DNA of 59,025 nt from NCBI GenBank assembly GCA_035525825.1, contig DATLDP010000033.1, positions 1 through 59,025 on the forward strand. The letters run 5' to 3'. Made by a program: the position numbers and the translations under genes. Below, piece by piece: positions 9,431-19,591 of the stretch (within the stretch, counting starts at the first letter, position 1; every line of letters begins with the position of its first letter). This stretch comes from Candidatus Limnocylindria bacterium. Its GTDB lineage: Bacteria; Chloroflexota; Limnocylindria; Limnocylindrales; CSP1-4. The notes below the pieces were generated by a model. It saw nothing but the letters and a program-made list of their open reading frames with translations, ran no database searches and had not been told where the DNA came from.

Positions 9431-10398
9431 TCGAGGTTGCGGGCCTGCGGAAGTCCTATGACGGCCGGACGGTGCTCGAGGGCGTGGACCTCGTCGTTCG
9501 ACCGGGCGAGCTGGTCGCGCTGCTCGGCCCGAACGGCGCCGGGAAGACGACGACGGTCGAGATCGTCGAGGGCTTTCGCGATGCTGATGCGGGCATGGTG
9601 CGGGTGCTCGGGGAGGACCCGCGTCGCGGCGGGCCGGCGTTGCGAGCTCGGGTCGGCCTGATGCTCCAGGGCGGCGCGGGGCTGGAGCCACGCGCGACGG
9701 CGAGGGACCTCGTTCGGCTCTACTGTGCCTTCCACGACGGCGGCCGCCGCGCCGACGAGCTGATCGAGCAGGTGGGGCTCGCGCCCGTCGCCGGGACGCG
9801 GGTCCGGCGGCTCTCCGGCGGCGAGCGACAACGACTCTCGCTCGCGCTGGCCCTCGCGGGCGAGCCCGAGGTGCTGCTCCTTGACGAGCCGACCGCCGGG
9901 ATGGATCCGGAGGCGCGGCGGGACACGCGGGCGCTCGTAGCGTCGCTGCGACGCGAGGGGCGGACGATCCTGCTGACCACCCATGACCTCGGCGACGTCG
10001 AGGAGCTCGCGGATCGCGTCGCGATTCTCGCCAACGGCCGGATCGTGGCGGACGCGTCACCGGAAGAGCTCCGCGCCGGGGTCGAGACGGCCATCCGGTT
10101 CCGCCTGCACGCCACGCCCGCGCCCGAGGCGCTCGCGAAGCTGGCGTTGCGCCTGTCACAACGCGACCGCGGGGTCGAGCTCCGGCCGGTCGGCCGAGAG
10201 GGCCGCGACGACGATGCCGGCGCCGCGACGACCTTCGAGATCAGCCCGGGCGCCGCGTCCGCGGACGTTGTCGCCGACGTCTCCGCGTGGGCCGCGCGCG
10301 AGGGCCTCCTCGTCACGGAGCTGCGCGCGGGGGCCGCGTCGCTGGAGGATCGCTACCTGGAGCTGACCGGCGATCGCGACATCGAGGCCGGCTCGTGA
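9427..10398 (+). CDS. ABC transporter ATP-binding protein (ABC-2/DrrA type)
   Basis: GPNGAGKTT, LSGGERQR, LLLDEPT, TTH. Confidence 0.92.
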   Translation: MIEVAGLRKSYDGRTVLEGVDLVVRPGELVALLGPNGAGKTTTVEIVEGFRDADAGMVRVLGEDPRRGGPALRARVGLMLQGGAGLEPRATARDLVRLYCAFHDGGRRADELIEQVGLAPVAGTRVRRLSGGERQRLSLALALAGEPEVLLLDEPTAGMDPEARRDTRALVASLRREGRTILLTTHDLGDVEELADRVAILANGRIVADASPEELRAGVETAIRFRLHATPAPEALAKLALRLSQRDRGVELRPVGREGRDDDAGAATTFEISPGAASADVVADVSAWAAREGLLVTELRAGAASLEDRYLELTGDRDIEAGS

Positions 10399-11162
10399 GC
10401 CGCCCGGCGCCTCCCCTTCGCGCGGCGGCAGCGCTGGCGGCGCTGGAGCTCAGGCTGACCGCCCGTCGCGGGGAGAACATCCTCGCGACGATCGTGATCC
10501 CCGTCGCCGTCCTGCTCTTCTTCGCGGGCACCTCGACCCTGCCCGATACCGGGGTTCGGCAGGTCGACGTGCTGCTTCCGGGGTCGATCGCCCTCGGGAT
10601 CATCGCGAGCAGCCTCGTCAACCTCGGGATCGCCACGGGCTACGACCGCCAGTACGGCGTGCTGAAGCGCCTCGGCGGCGCGCCCCTGCCGCGCTGGGGC
10701 CTCGTCGCGGCCAAGATCGCGGCGGTCCTCGTCCTCGAGCTCGTCCAGGTGATCGCCCTCGTCACCGTGGCGAATCTCGCCTTCGGCTGGACGCCCGGGC
10801 CCGGCTGGTCCCCGCTGCTCGCCATCGGCGCGGTCCTGCTCGGGACGCTGGCGTTCGCGGGCCTCGGGCTCCTCCTCGCGGGGACCATGCGCGCCGAGGC
10901 AAACCTGGCGCTCGCCAACGCGCTGTTCCTCACGTTCATGTTGATCGGCGGGATCATCCTGCCCGTCGACCACCTGCCCGCGTTCCTGCAGCCGATCGCC
11001 GCGATCCTGCCCTCGACCGCGCTCGCCGATCTGCTGCGAATCTCGCTCGCGAGCGGCGCTGCCACGGTCGCCAGCGCCAATCCCCTGTCGCCGATCGCCA
11101 CGCTGGCCGGGTGGACCGTGATCGGGGTCGGGCTCGCGACGCGGCGCTTCCGCTGGGAGTAG
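10395..11162 (+). CDS. ABC-2 type transporter permease
   Basis: Six TM helices, 'DRQYGVLKRLGGAPL' motif; GTGA overlap with the ATPase gene. Confidence 0.88.
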   Translation: MSRPAPPLRAAAALAALELRLTARRGENILATIVIPVAVLLFFAGTSTLPDTGVRQVDVLLPGSIALGIIASSLVNLGIATGYDRQYGVLKRLGGAPLPRWGLVAAKIAAVLVLELVQVIALVTVANLAFGWTPGPGWSPLLAIGAVLLGTLAFAGLGLLLAGTMRAEANLALANALFLTFMLIGGIILPVDHLPAFLQPIAAILPSTALADLLRISLASGAATVASANPLSPIATLAGWTVIGVGLATRRFRWE

Positions 11163-11175
11163 CCGGGAAAAGAAA

Positions 11176-11204
11176 GAACCCCGGGTGGTCGGGACCCGGG
11201 GTTC
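11176..11204 (-). terminator. Intrinsic terminator of the tRNA-Met gene (possibly bidirectional)
   Basis: 11-bp stem gaaccccgggt/acccggggttc, followed by tttctttt on the minus strand. Confidence 0.75.
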
Positions 11205-11220
11205 AAAGGTGACTTCGAAT

Positions 11221-11295
11221 TGGTTGCGGGGGAAGGATTCGAACCTCCGACCTTCGGGTTATGAGCCCGACGAGCTGCCGCTGCTCCACCCCGCG
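11221..11295 (-). tRNA. tRNA-fMet (initiator, anticodon CAT), CCA encoded
   Basis: Reverse complement cgcgggg...gggctCATaaccc...ggttcgaatcc...ccccgcaacca; C1:A72 mismatch and three consecutive G-C pairs in the anticodon stem. Confidence 0.95.
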
Positions 11296-11372
11296 AAGGT
11301 CTAATACTTTACCAGAAATTGACCCCTCGGTCAAAGGCCGAGCCTCGCCTGGTTACGACTAGACTCGCGGTT

Positions 11373-11948
11373 GTGGACGAACGCGAGCGCGAGATCCGGG
11401 CAGCGACGGTCGGCGACCTGCCCCGTCACGACGCCACGATCGAGCTCGCGGAGTACGACGAAGGGTGGCCCAGGCTGTTCGAGCGGGAGGCCGCGCGCAT
11501 CCGCCGCGCCCTCGGCGACCGGGTGCTCCTCCTGGAGCATGCCGGCTCGACGTCCGTTCCCGGCCTTGCCGCGAAGCGACGGATCGACATTGCGTTGGGG
11601 GTCGCCGATTCGTCGCACGAGGACGACTACATCCCCGCTCTCGAGGCCGTCGGGTACGTCGTCCGGATCCGCGAGCCGGACTGGCACGAGCATCGGATGC
11701 TGCGCGGGCCGGACACGGAGGTGAACCTCCACGTCTTCTCGGATGGCTCGCCCGAGATCGAGCGGATGCTGCGGTTCCGCGACCACCTGCGATCGCATCC
11801 GGATGACCGCGAGCTGTACGAGCAGACGAAGCGAGCGCTCGCCACACGGGAGTGGCGATTCGTCCAGGACTATGCGGACGCGAAATCCGAGGTGGTCGAG
11901 GCGATCCTTGGCCGCGCGTCGGTTGATCCGAATGAGCAGGCCCGGTGA
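11373..11948 (+). CDS. GrpB family protein (UPF0157 nucleotidyltransferase-like)
   Basis: YDEGWPRLFE, LEHAGSTSVPGLAAK, NLHVF, FRDHLR, YADAKS. GTG start placed 7 nt after TAGACT. Confidence 0.88.
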   Translation: MDEREREIRAATVGDLPRHDATIELAEYDEGWPRLFEREAARIRRALGDRVLLLEHAGSTSVPGLAAKRRIDIALGVADSSHEDDYIPALEAVGYVVRIREPDWHEHRMLRGPDTEVNLHVFSDGSPEIERMLRFRDHLRSHPDDRELYEQTKRALATREWRFVQDYADAKSEVVEAILGRASVDPNEQAR

Positions 11949-11978
11949 CGATGGCCGGGCGCCCGATATCCTCGCTCG

Positions 11979-13184
11979 ATGCGGCCCTACTCCCTTGATT
12001 CACCCTGGGATCTCGATCCGGCGATCACGTTCCTCAACCACGGCTCGTACGGGGCGTGCCCGCGTCCGGTGCTGGAGCTGCAGCGCGAGCTGACCCGCCA
12101 TCTCGAGGCGAACCCGATCCGCTTCCTGTCGCGCGAGTTCGAAGGCCGTCTCGACGAAGCGCGCCGAGCCGTCGCGGCGTTCATCAACGCCGATCCCGAG
12201 GGCCTCGTCGTCGTGCCGAACGCGACCACCGGCGTCGCCACGGTCGTCGAGGCGCTGCACCTCCGGCCGGGCGACGAGCTGCTGGCCACCGACCACGAGT
12301 ACAACGCGACCCTCAACGCCCTCCAGACCGTGGCCGAGCACCATCGGGCTCGGGTCGTCCGCGCCGAGATCCCGCTCCCGATCCGGCACCCGGAGCAGGC
12401 GGTCGAGGCCATCCTCGCGGCGGTCACGCCTCGCACGAGGATCGCCCTGGTGAGCCACATCACGAGCCCAACCGCCCTGGTCCTGCCGATCGAGACGATC
12501 GTCCGCGAGCTGGACCGGCTCGGCGTCGACACGCTCGTCGACGCGGCCCACGCGCCCGGCATGCTCCCGGTCGACGTGACCGCGCTCGGGGCCGCGTACT
12601 GGACCGGCAACGGCCACAAGTGGCTGTGCGGGCCGAAGGGCGTCGGCGTCCTCCACGTTCGCGAGGACCGCCGTGAGGGCATGCACCCGCTCGTGACCAG
12701 CCACGGCCGGAACGACCCGCGCACGGACAGACCGCCGCTGTGGAAGGAGTTTGACTGGCAGGGCACGGGCGACCCGACCGCGATCCTCGCCCTCCCGGGG
12801 GCGGTGCGGGTCATCGAAGGCCTCCAGCCGGGCGGCTGGCCCGCCCACATGCAGGCGAACCACGAGCTCGCGCTCGCGGCTCGAAACGGCCTCCTCGATG
12901 CCCTCGGGCAGGAGCCCCTGACGCCCGATTCGATGGTCGGCTCCATGGCGGTGGTCACGATCCCCGCCGGCACGGACCCGGATGCCCTGAACCTCGATCT
13001 GGCCGAGAACGAGCTGATCGAGGTGCCGGTCACGCCATGGCCGGTCCGCGCGGCCCGCGACGACCCGAATTCGCCGCCGAAGCTCATCCTCGTCCGGATC
13101 TCCGCCCAGCGCTACAACGAGCTCGACGACTACGACCGCCTCGCCGAGGCGCTCGTCCGCCGCCTCGGCAAGCGGGCGGCCTGA
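11979..13184 (+). CDS. Class V PLP enzyme (isopenicillin N epimerase / cysteine-sulfoxide lyase-like)
   Basis: FLNHGSYGACP, VPNATTG, VDAAHAPG, GNGHKWLCGPKG. Confidence 0.85.
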   Translation: MRPYSLDSPWDLDPAITFLNHGSYGACPRPVLELQRELTRHLEANPIRFLSREFEGRLDEARRAVAAFINADPEGLVVVPNATTGVATVVEALHLRPGDELLATDHEYNATLNALQTVAEHHRARVVRAEIPLPIRHPEQAVEAILAAVTPRTRIALVSHITSPTALVLPIETIVRELDRLGVDTLVDAAHAPGMLPVDVTALGAAYWTGNGHKWLCGPKGVGVLHVREDRREGMHPLVTSHGRNDPRTDRPPLWKEFDWQGTGDPTAILALPGAVRVIEGLQPGGWPAHMQANHELALAARNGLLDALGQEPLTPDSMVGSMAVVTIPAGTDPDALNLDLAENELIEVPVTPWPVRAARDDPNSPPKLILVRISAQRYNELDDYDRLAEALVRRLGKRAA

Positions 13185-13240
13185 TTCGTCGCCTCCGCAC
13201 GCCTGACGGGGACGCGAGCCGGCTCCGGTATCGTGGCGGC

Positions 13241-14533
13241 GTGACGGACACCGTCGAGATTCCTGACCCGAGCCTCGCCACCGGCCGCGACGCCGCCGAG
13301 GAGCAGCTGGACCAGCTCAAGTTCCTCCATCGCGTCGCGCGCATGGCCACGACCGCGAGCACGTGGGACGAGCTGCTCGAGACGGTCGTCGACGAGACCC
13401 GGGATGCCCTCCGGGCGAGCGTCTCGTCCCTCTACCTGCTCGACCGGGACGCGGAGAATCTCACCCTCGCGGCGACCAACGGCCTCGATCGGTTCCAGAT
13501 CGGGCGGGCGCGGGTGCCGTTCGGCGAAGGGGTGACGGGTCGCGTCGCCAAGAGCCGCGAGCCGCTCGCGATCCCGGATGTCAGCCAGGACGAGCGATTC
13601 ATGTGGGTGCGCGGCATCGACCAGCGTCGCTTCATCGCCTCGATGCTGTCCGTGCCGCTCGTCTGGAACGACATGATCGTGGGCGTCCTCAACGTCCAGA
13701 CGGAGCAGCCCCGTGACTTCACGCCGTCGGACGTGGCCCACCTCCGGGCGATCGCGGACCTCCTCGGCGGGATCGTCGAGAAGGGCCGGATCCAGAAGGA
13801 AGCGGAGGCCCGCGCCGCGGAGCTCAAGGCGATCGACGAGGCCCGCGCCGAGCTGATCGCGATGGTCACCCACGAGCTCCGGACGCCGCTCGCGGTCGTC
13901 CGCGCGTACACGGAGCTCCTCGCCGAGGAGCCGCCGCTCGATGGCCGCGAATCCCGGGACCACGAGCGCCGCGACCGCCGCGCGGGCTGGTACCACTCGA
14001 CGATGGAGCAGGTCGCGCGCCTTGATCGCCTGGTCGATTCCATCCTGGCGTCCGTTCGGGTCGGCCCGGAGCTCGCGGCGGACCTCCAGCCGGTCGACGT
14101 CGGCGAGGTCGTGCGGGAGGCGGCGGAGGAGCTGAAGCCGCTGCTGGCGCGCCACGGGCTCGTCCTTCGCGAAGGGATCCGGCTGTTCGCCCTCACGGAC
14201 GCTGGCCGGCTTCGCCAGATCCTCGAGCACCTCGTCGAGAACGCCGTGAAGTACGCGCCCCCGGACACCACGATCACGCTCGACTGGAAGATGGCCGAGG
14301 GCGGAGTCCGCGTGGGCGTTGCCGACGAGGGCCCCGGCATCCCCGAGGAGTGGCGCGAGCGCATCTTCGAGCCGTACGCGCGGCGCGAGACCCACACCGC
14401 GCGTGGCTCCGGGATCGGGCTGTATGCGGCCCGGAAGGTCGCGGAATCCGTTGGCGCGCGCCTGTGGTGCGAGCCCGCCGAGGGCCACGGCGCGAGATTC
14501 GTGCTGGCCCTGCCGGCCGCGGCGGCGATGTAG
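13241..14533 (+). CDS. Cytoplasmic GAF-HisKA-HATPase sensor histidine kinase
   Basis: GAF (LTLAATNGL...GEGVTGRVA), THELRTPL, ENAVKYAP, DEGPGIP, GSGIGL; no TM segment. Confidence 0.9.
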   Translation: MTDTVEIPDPSLATGRDAAEEQLDQLKFLHRVARMATTASTWDELLETVVDETRDALRASVSSLYLLDRDAENLTLAATNGLDRFQIGRARVPFGEGVTGRVAKSREPLAIPDVSQDERFMWVRGIDQRRFIASMLSVPLVWNDMIVGVLNVQTEQPRDFTPSDVAHLRAIADLLGGIVEKGRIQKEAEARAAELKAIDEARAELIAMVTHELRTPLAVVRAYTELLAEEPPLDGRESRDHERRDRRAGWYHSTMEQVARLDRLVDSILASVRVGPELAADLQPVDVGEVVREAAEELKPLLARHGLVLREGIRLFALTDAGRLRQILEHLVENAVKYAPPDTTITLDWKMAEGGVRVGVADEGPGIPEEWRERIFEPYARRETHTARGSGIGLYAARKVAESVGARLWCEPAEGHGARFVLALPAAAAM

Positions 14534-14552
14534 GCGACGGACGAAATCCCGA

Positions 14553-15290
14553 ATGACGATCCCCCGCCCGCCGCGGCCACTGCGCATCCTCGTCGTCGAC
14601 GACGACCCGGCGATGGTCGGCGCGATCACCGCGCTCGTCGGCACGGAAGGCCATCAGGTCATCACGGCCTATGACGGACTCACGGCCGTGAAGCGCTACC
14701 GCGAGGAGCTGCCGGACCTCGTGCTGCTGGACCTCGCGATGCCCGGGCCGGACGGCTTCTCGGTGGCCGGCCAGATCCGGGCGCAGGGGGACGCCCCGAT
14801 CGTCGTGGTCTCCGGCGAGAGCTCCGAGGAGGCGAAGGTCCGGGCGCTCGGGATCGGCGCGGACGACTACCTCGTGAAGCCGTTCGGGCGCGCGGAGCTG
14901 CTGGCGAGAATCGCCGCGGTGATGCGTCGCGCGGATCGCGCGGCGGGACCGGGCGGTGGTGGTGGCGCGGCGGGCGACGCCACTGCGAGCGGCGCGCTTC
15001 AGCTCGGCAGCCTGGTCCTCGACACGGGCCGTCACGAGGCCCGCGTCGGCGACACGAAGCTGGACCTGACCCCGATCGAGTACCGCCTCGCCGAGGCGCT
15101 CGTCCGCGCGGCGGGTGATCTCGTCCCGCACCTCCGGCTCGTTCGCGCCGGCTGGCCCGCGGAGGCCGACCCTGACCTTCTCTGGCTCAAGCCCCACGTC
15201 GCCCGGCTCCGCCGCAAGGTCGAGAGCGCCGGCGGCCCGCAGGTCCTCGCGGTCAGGGGGGTCGGCTACCGAATCGAGGCAGGATCCTGA
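14553..15290 (+). CDS. OmpR/PhoB-family response regulator
   Basis: ILVVDDD, VLLDLAMP, ADDYLVKPF; winged helix ending VRGVGY. Confidence 0.92.
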   Translation: MTIPRPPRPLRILVVDDDPAMVGAITALVGTEGHQVITAYDGLTAVKRYREELPDLVLLDLAMPGPDGFSVAGQIRAQGDAPIVVVSGESSEEAKVRALGIGADDYLVKPFGRAELLARIAAVMRRADRAAGPGGGGGAAGDATASGALQLGSLVLDTGRHEARVGDTKLDLTPIEYRLAEALVRAAGDLVPHLRLVRAGWPAEADPDLLWLKPHVARLRRKVESAGGPQVLAVRGVGYRIEAGS

Positions 15291-15368
15291 GTCGTCGAGC
15301 GGAGCCCTGGCTGGACCTGCATCGCCCCGCTGGACCAGGACCTCGGTGCGGACGGTACGATCTCGCGC

Positions 15369-17465
15369 GTGAACCGTCAGGCCACGCCCGAGACCTTCAT
15401 CCGCACGCAGGTCGTGCTGGACGAGCACGACCTCTCGCCCGACGGACGGTTCGCCGTGGTCGCCCGCCGCAGCGTCGTAGGAGACCGCTACCGCTCCCAC
15501 CTCTGGCTGGTCCCGCTGGCCCGTCGCGCCACGCCGATCCAGCTCACCAACGGCGCCGTTCGAGACACTCGCCCGCGGATTTCGCCGGATGGCTCGTCGG
15601 TGGCATTCCTGCGGTCGCCTGCGCCAACGCCCGGACGCCGGCATCGCGGCACGGCCGAGGATCGGCAGGACCAGGTCACTCGGCTCCGCGTCCTGCCGCT
15701 GGCCGCCGACGGCGCGCCAGCAGGGGCGCCCTGGGCTGTCCGCACGCCGAAGGAGCGCTCGATCGGCGAGGTCGCGTGGTCACCGGATGGCGTCCAGCTC
15801 GCCGTGACCCTCGAGGTTGACCCGCCGCGGTTCCTCGTCGGCCGGAAGCCGATCGGGGACGACGCCCCCACCGCCCGGCGCATCACGAGGCTCGACTGGC
15901 AGTGGGACGGCTCCGGCGCCGTGGATCACTGGTCCCATGTTCATGTCGTCGACGCCCAGCGCGGGGCGAAGCCTCGTCAGGTGACCAGCGGTGACTGGGG
16001 CGCCGCGAAGCTGGCCTGGTCGCCAGACTGCCGGTCCGTCGCGTTCGTCGCGGATCCGCGAGCCACCGCGGATCTCCGGCCCAGGACCTCGATCTGGTCG
16101 ATCGATGTCGACGGCACGGGGGCGCAACCCCGCGAGGTGCTCGCGCTCGGGAGCGCGGCGGACCACCCGGCGTTCTCGCCCGACGGGCGGTGGCTCGCGG
16201 CGATCGGCTACGTCGCCGAGGACGCCCTGGATGACACGAGCCCGGAGCTGGTCATCGGCCCGGCGGATGGGTCCGTCTCGCCGTGGCCGCTCGCGCCGTC
16301 GCTGGACCGGCCCCTCGGGACCTGGAACGACACGGACATGCACGGCTGGGTCGCGGATTCGCGTACGACCCCCGTGTGGGTGGACGAGTCGACGATCGTC
16401 GCGATCGTCACGGATCGCGGGCGTGCCGGGCCATGGCGATTCCCGGTCGACGCGCACACCGGGCGGCCCGCCGGCGCGCCCGAGCCCCTCGTCGCCGGTG
16501 ACATCTCGACCTACAGCCTCGCGGCGACCGGGAACCCCGCCGTGCCGCGCGACCGGCGCGTCTCGCTCCTCGCGTGCCTCGGCGACCGGCCCCTGGACCT
16601 CGTGACGGTGCCGCTCGACGCCGGGTCCACTCCGCGACGGCGGACCACCATGGGCAGCCGCTGGATCGACCGGTTCGACCGGCCGGTCATGCGAGAGGTC
16701 AGCGTGGCCGGCGAGGGCGGGCCGATCGATACCTGGATCGCGTCACCCGCCGGCGCGGGCGACGAGCCGCTCCCGAGCGTCGTCTCGATTCATGGCGGCC
16801 CGCTGGGGGCGTGGGCGCCGGCGCCCTCGGTCGAGGTGGTGCTGCTGTGTGCCCGCGGCTACCGCGTCATCCTGCCCAACATCCGCGGCTCCACCAGCTA
16901 CGGGCGGGACTGGATTCGCCCGCACCTCGGGGATTGGGGCGGGCCGGATGCTGCCGACGTCCATTCCGCGATCGAGCACGCAATCGCCCTGGGGCTCACC
17001 GATGCCGATCGGCTTGGGGCGCTCGGACTGTCGTACGGCGGATTCATGGTCAACTGGCTGATGGGCACCACCGACCGATTCAGGGCCGGAGTGAGCGTCG
17101 CCGGTGTCACGAACCAGGTGTCCGCATGGGCGGACGGCGACGCGGGGGTGGAGTTCAACCGGATGCAGCTGCTGGGTGCGCCGATCGATCCCGACGGCGT
17201 CGCGAAGCTCTGGCGGCAGAGCCCGCTCGCGAACGTCGCGAACATCCGGACGCCGCTGCTGCTCCTGCAGGGCGAGGCGGACCTGCGCTGCATGCCGGAG
17301 GACAACGTCCAGCTCTTCACGGCGCTGCGGGTGCTCGGCCGGACCGTGGAGTACGTCCTCTATCCCGAAGAGTCCCACGTGTACTTCACGTCGGGGCGGC
17401 CGGACCGTCGCATCGACCACATGACCCGGATGCTCGACTGGTTCGATCGGTTCGTGAGAGCCTGA
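15369..17465 (+). CDS. S9 family peptidase (acylaminoacyl/prolyl oligopeptidase; beta-propeller plus alpha/beta hydrolase)
   Basis: SPDG repeats, IHGGP, GLSYGGF nucleophile, GEADLRC (Asp), EESH (His). Confidence 0.9.
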   Translation: MNRQATPETFIRTQVVLDEHDLSPDGRFAVVARRSVVGDRYRSHLWLVPLARRATPIQLTNGAVRDTRPRISPDGSSVAFLRSPAPTPGRRHRGTAEDRQDQVTRLRVLPLAADGAPAGAPWAVRTPKERSIGEVAWSPDGVQLAVTLEVDPPRFLVGRKPIGDDAPTARRITRLDWQWDGSGAVDHWSHVHVVDAQRGAKPRQVTSGDWGAAKLAWSPDCRSVAFVADPRATADLRPRTSIWSIDVDGTGAQPREVLALGSAADHPAFSPDGRWLAAIGYVAEDALDDTSPELVIGPADGSVSPWPLAPSLDRPLGTWNDTDMHGWVADSRTTPVWVDESTIVAIVTDRGRAGPWRFPVDAHTGRPAGAPEPLVAGDISTYSLAATGNPAVPRDRRVSLLACLGDRPLDLVTVPLDAGSTPRRRTTMGSRWIDRFDRPVMREVSVAGEGGPIDTWIASPAGAGDEPLPSVVSIHGGPLGAWAPAPSVEVVLLCARGYRVILPNIRGSTSYGRDWIRPHLGDWGGPDAADVHSAIEHAIALGLTDADRLGALGLSYGGFMVNWLMGTTDRFRAGVSVAGVTNQVSAWADGDAGVEFNRMQLLGAPIDPDGVAKLWRQSPLANVANIRTPLLLLQGEADLRCMPEDNVQLFTALRVLGRTVEYVLYPEESHVYFTSGRPDRRIDHMTRMLDWFDRFVRA

Positions 17466-17486
17466 CGGCGGCCTGACACCGGTCGG

Positions 17487-19538
17487 TCACAGGAGGTCGC
17501 GCGGGACCACCTCGTGCCAGGCGCGGGCGAAGAACGGCTCGCCATCGAGCTCGACGCGAACGCCGACCCGCATGTCAAACGCCGCGGCGCTCGCCGCGGT
17601 GCTGCCGTCCGCGACCACCCGGATCCCATGGCCCGCCTGGTCGAGGCGGTATTCGCAGGCGTTCTCGAAGCGCCCATCTCCCGGCGTTCGCGCGGAGGCG
17701 GTCATCGTCAGGGTCTCGCCAACGTACAGCGTGGAGCGACCATCTGGAAGCGTCGTCGTCGCGCCCTCGTGGGTCCGGATCGTGACGTCGCCTGTCGCCG
17801 CGTCCTCCGCGGAGTCCCAGAAGGTGGGCTCCGAGACCTCGGCGCCGATCTCCGGCAGCTCGGGCGGGTCTTCGCGGAACGCGGGCGGCGCCACGGCATT
17901 CCCGTCCGATGGCGCGAGCGGCAGCTCCAGGCGCGACGGCGCATCGGATCCGCGATGGAGCCACACCCGGTTGGCGCCCGGCGACGGCCAGATCACGGGC
18001 CAGTGGGCGGACGCCAGCCGAAGCTGGATCCGATGCCCCGCCGGGAAGCGGTAGCCGGCGCCACGGAGCGGCAGTCTCACCTCATAGCGGCGTTCGGGCT
18101 CCAGGGGAGCGGGCTCGGCGTGCGAGTCGCGATGGGTGAGGTTGAGGATGCCCTCGCAGACCTGCTCGATCTCGCCGCCCGGCGCCACGGACGCGAGGCG
18201 AGCCACCAGGTGCGCGACCTCGCCCATCGACGAGACGTGGAGCACGGCGACCGGAACGCCCAGCAGGTCCACCGGCTGTTCCAGCGGCGCGCTGGTGTAG
18301 ACGACGTCGAAGGAGTCCTCGAGGCGAAGGTCCGCTGCGAGGCCGTTCGGCGGGTGTCCCGCGCCCCAGCACAGCGACCCGGCCCTCGAGCCGGCGGTCG
18401 GGCTGTGGAAGAGCGAATCGCTCCCATGCGTCGCGGCGGGCTGGGGGACCAGCGAGAGCTGGTCCAGTGCGAGCTCGAGGGACGCGGGCATCGCCGGCGG
18501 CCACGCCGACGTGGCTCGCCACTCCCCCTGGAGTCGCTTCGGGAACCGCTCGGGGGGCGTCGGATCCCGGTGGAACCACGTCAGCGCGGGCTCTCGCTCG
18601 GCGCCGTTGGGCTCGTCCTTGAGCCACCGATCGAACCACCGAACGGCCTCGTGCAGCCAGTCGATGTTCGGGCCGGGGTACGCGTGATGCGGGAGCCCGT
18701 GGACCCACGGCCCCACGATCGTCCGGTGCGCGCTCGCGCTCGTGCAACGGGCCTGCATCCGCAGTGCCGCGTCGACGTACTCGTCCATCCAGCCCGTGAT
18801 GTGGAGCACCGCCGCCTCGATCCGCTCGTAGGCGGGAGCCAGTGATCCCCGCCGCCAGTACGGCCCGTCACGCTGTTGCCGCGCCCACTCGAACAGCCAG
18901 ACCGGCGTCGAGTCCAGCCGCGCCCGCCAGTCCTCGAGCCATCGATCGCCCCGCGTCGAAAGCAGTGCCGGCAGGGCATTCATTGCGATCTGGCTGACGG
19001 CGTACTGCGCCAGCTCGCTGACCGTCATCGCGCCGCCGACATAGTGGACGTCGTCCGTGTAGCGATCGTCGGTCGCCTGGATCGGGACGATCGCCTTGAG
19101 GTGCGGCGGGCGGGTCGCGGCCACCTGGATCGAGGTGAAGCCGCCGTACGACAGCCCCCACATGCCGATGGCGCCGGTGCACCACGACTGGGTGGCCAGC
19201 CATTCGACGGCGTCGTGGCCGTCGAGGGTCTCGGCTTCCGTGTACTCGTCGAACGCGACGCCGCCGGATGAGCCGGTGCCGCGGACGTCGAGGCGGCAGT
19301 AGGCGTAGCCGCGCTTCGCGAGGTAGGACGCGAGCGACAGGTCCCAGCCGGCCTGCCAGTCGTCCTTGCGGTAGGGATCCGTGTTGAGGATGGCGGGGAT
19401 CCGCGTGTCGGGCGCGAGCCCCGCCGGCAGGAAGAGGTTGACCGAGAGCTCGATCCCATCGCGGGCCTGGACCCGGACGTCGGAGCGCACCTCGAGGCCG
19501 AGGTCCGCGGCGGTCGGGTAGAGGTTCGGGTTGGTCAC
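17487..19538 (-). CDS. CocE/NonD family hydrolase (S15 X-Pro dipeptidyl-peptidase-like)
   Basis: DPYRKD, DVRGTGSSGG, WGLSYGGF, VGPWVH, PepX_C-like C-terminus. Confidence 0.9.
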   Translation of the reverse strand: MTNPNLYPTAADLGLEVRSDVRVQARDGIELSVNLFLPAGLAPDTRIPAILNTDPYRKDDWQAGWDLSLASYLAKRGYAYCRLDVRGTGSSGGVAFDEYTEAETLDGHDAVEWLATQSWCTGAIGMWGLSYGGFTSIQVAATRPPHLKAIVPIQATDDRYTDDVHYVGGAMTVSELAQYAVSQIAMNALPALLSTRGDRWLEDWRARLDSTPVWLFEWARQQRDGPYWRRGSLAPAYERIEAAVLHITGWMDEYVDAALRMQARCTSASAHRTIVGPWVHGLPHHAYPGPNIDWLHEAVRWFDRWLKDEPNGAEREPALTWFHRDPTPPERFPKRLQGEWRATSAWPPAMPASLELALDQLSLVPQPAATHGSDSLFHSPTAGSRAGSLCWGAGHPPNGLAADLRLEDSFDVVYTSAPLEQPVDLLGVPVAVLHVSSMGEVAHLVARLASVAPGGEIEQVCEGILNLTHRDSHAEPAPLEPERRYEVRLPLRGAGYRFPAGHRIQLRLASAHWPVIWPSPGANRVWLHRGSDAPSRLELPLAPSDGNAVAPPAFREDPPELPEIGAEVSEPTFWDSAEDAATGDVTIRTHEGATTTLPDGRSTLYVGETLTMTASARTPGDGRFENACEYRLDQAGHGIRVVADGSTAASAAAFDMRVGVRVELDGEPFFARAWHEVVPRDLL

Positions 19539-19591
19539 CGGGATCGAGGATAGGGTCAGCCACGGCCGGCCCGTCGGCTATCGTCTCGGCC

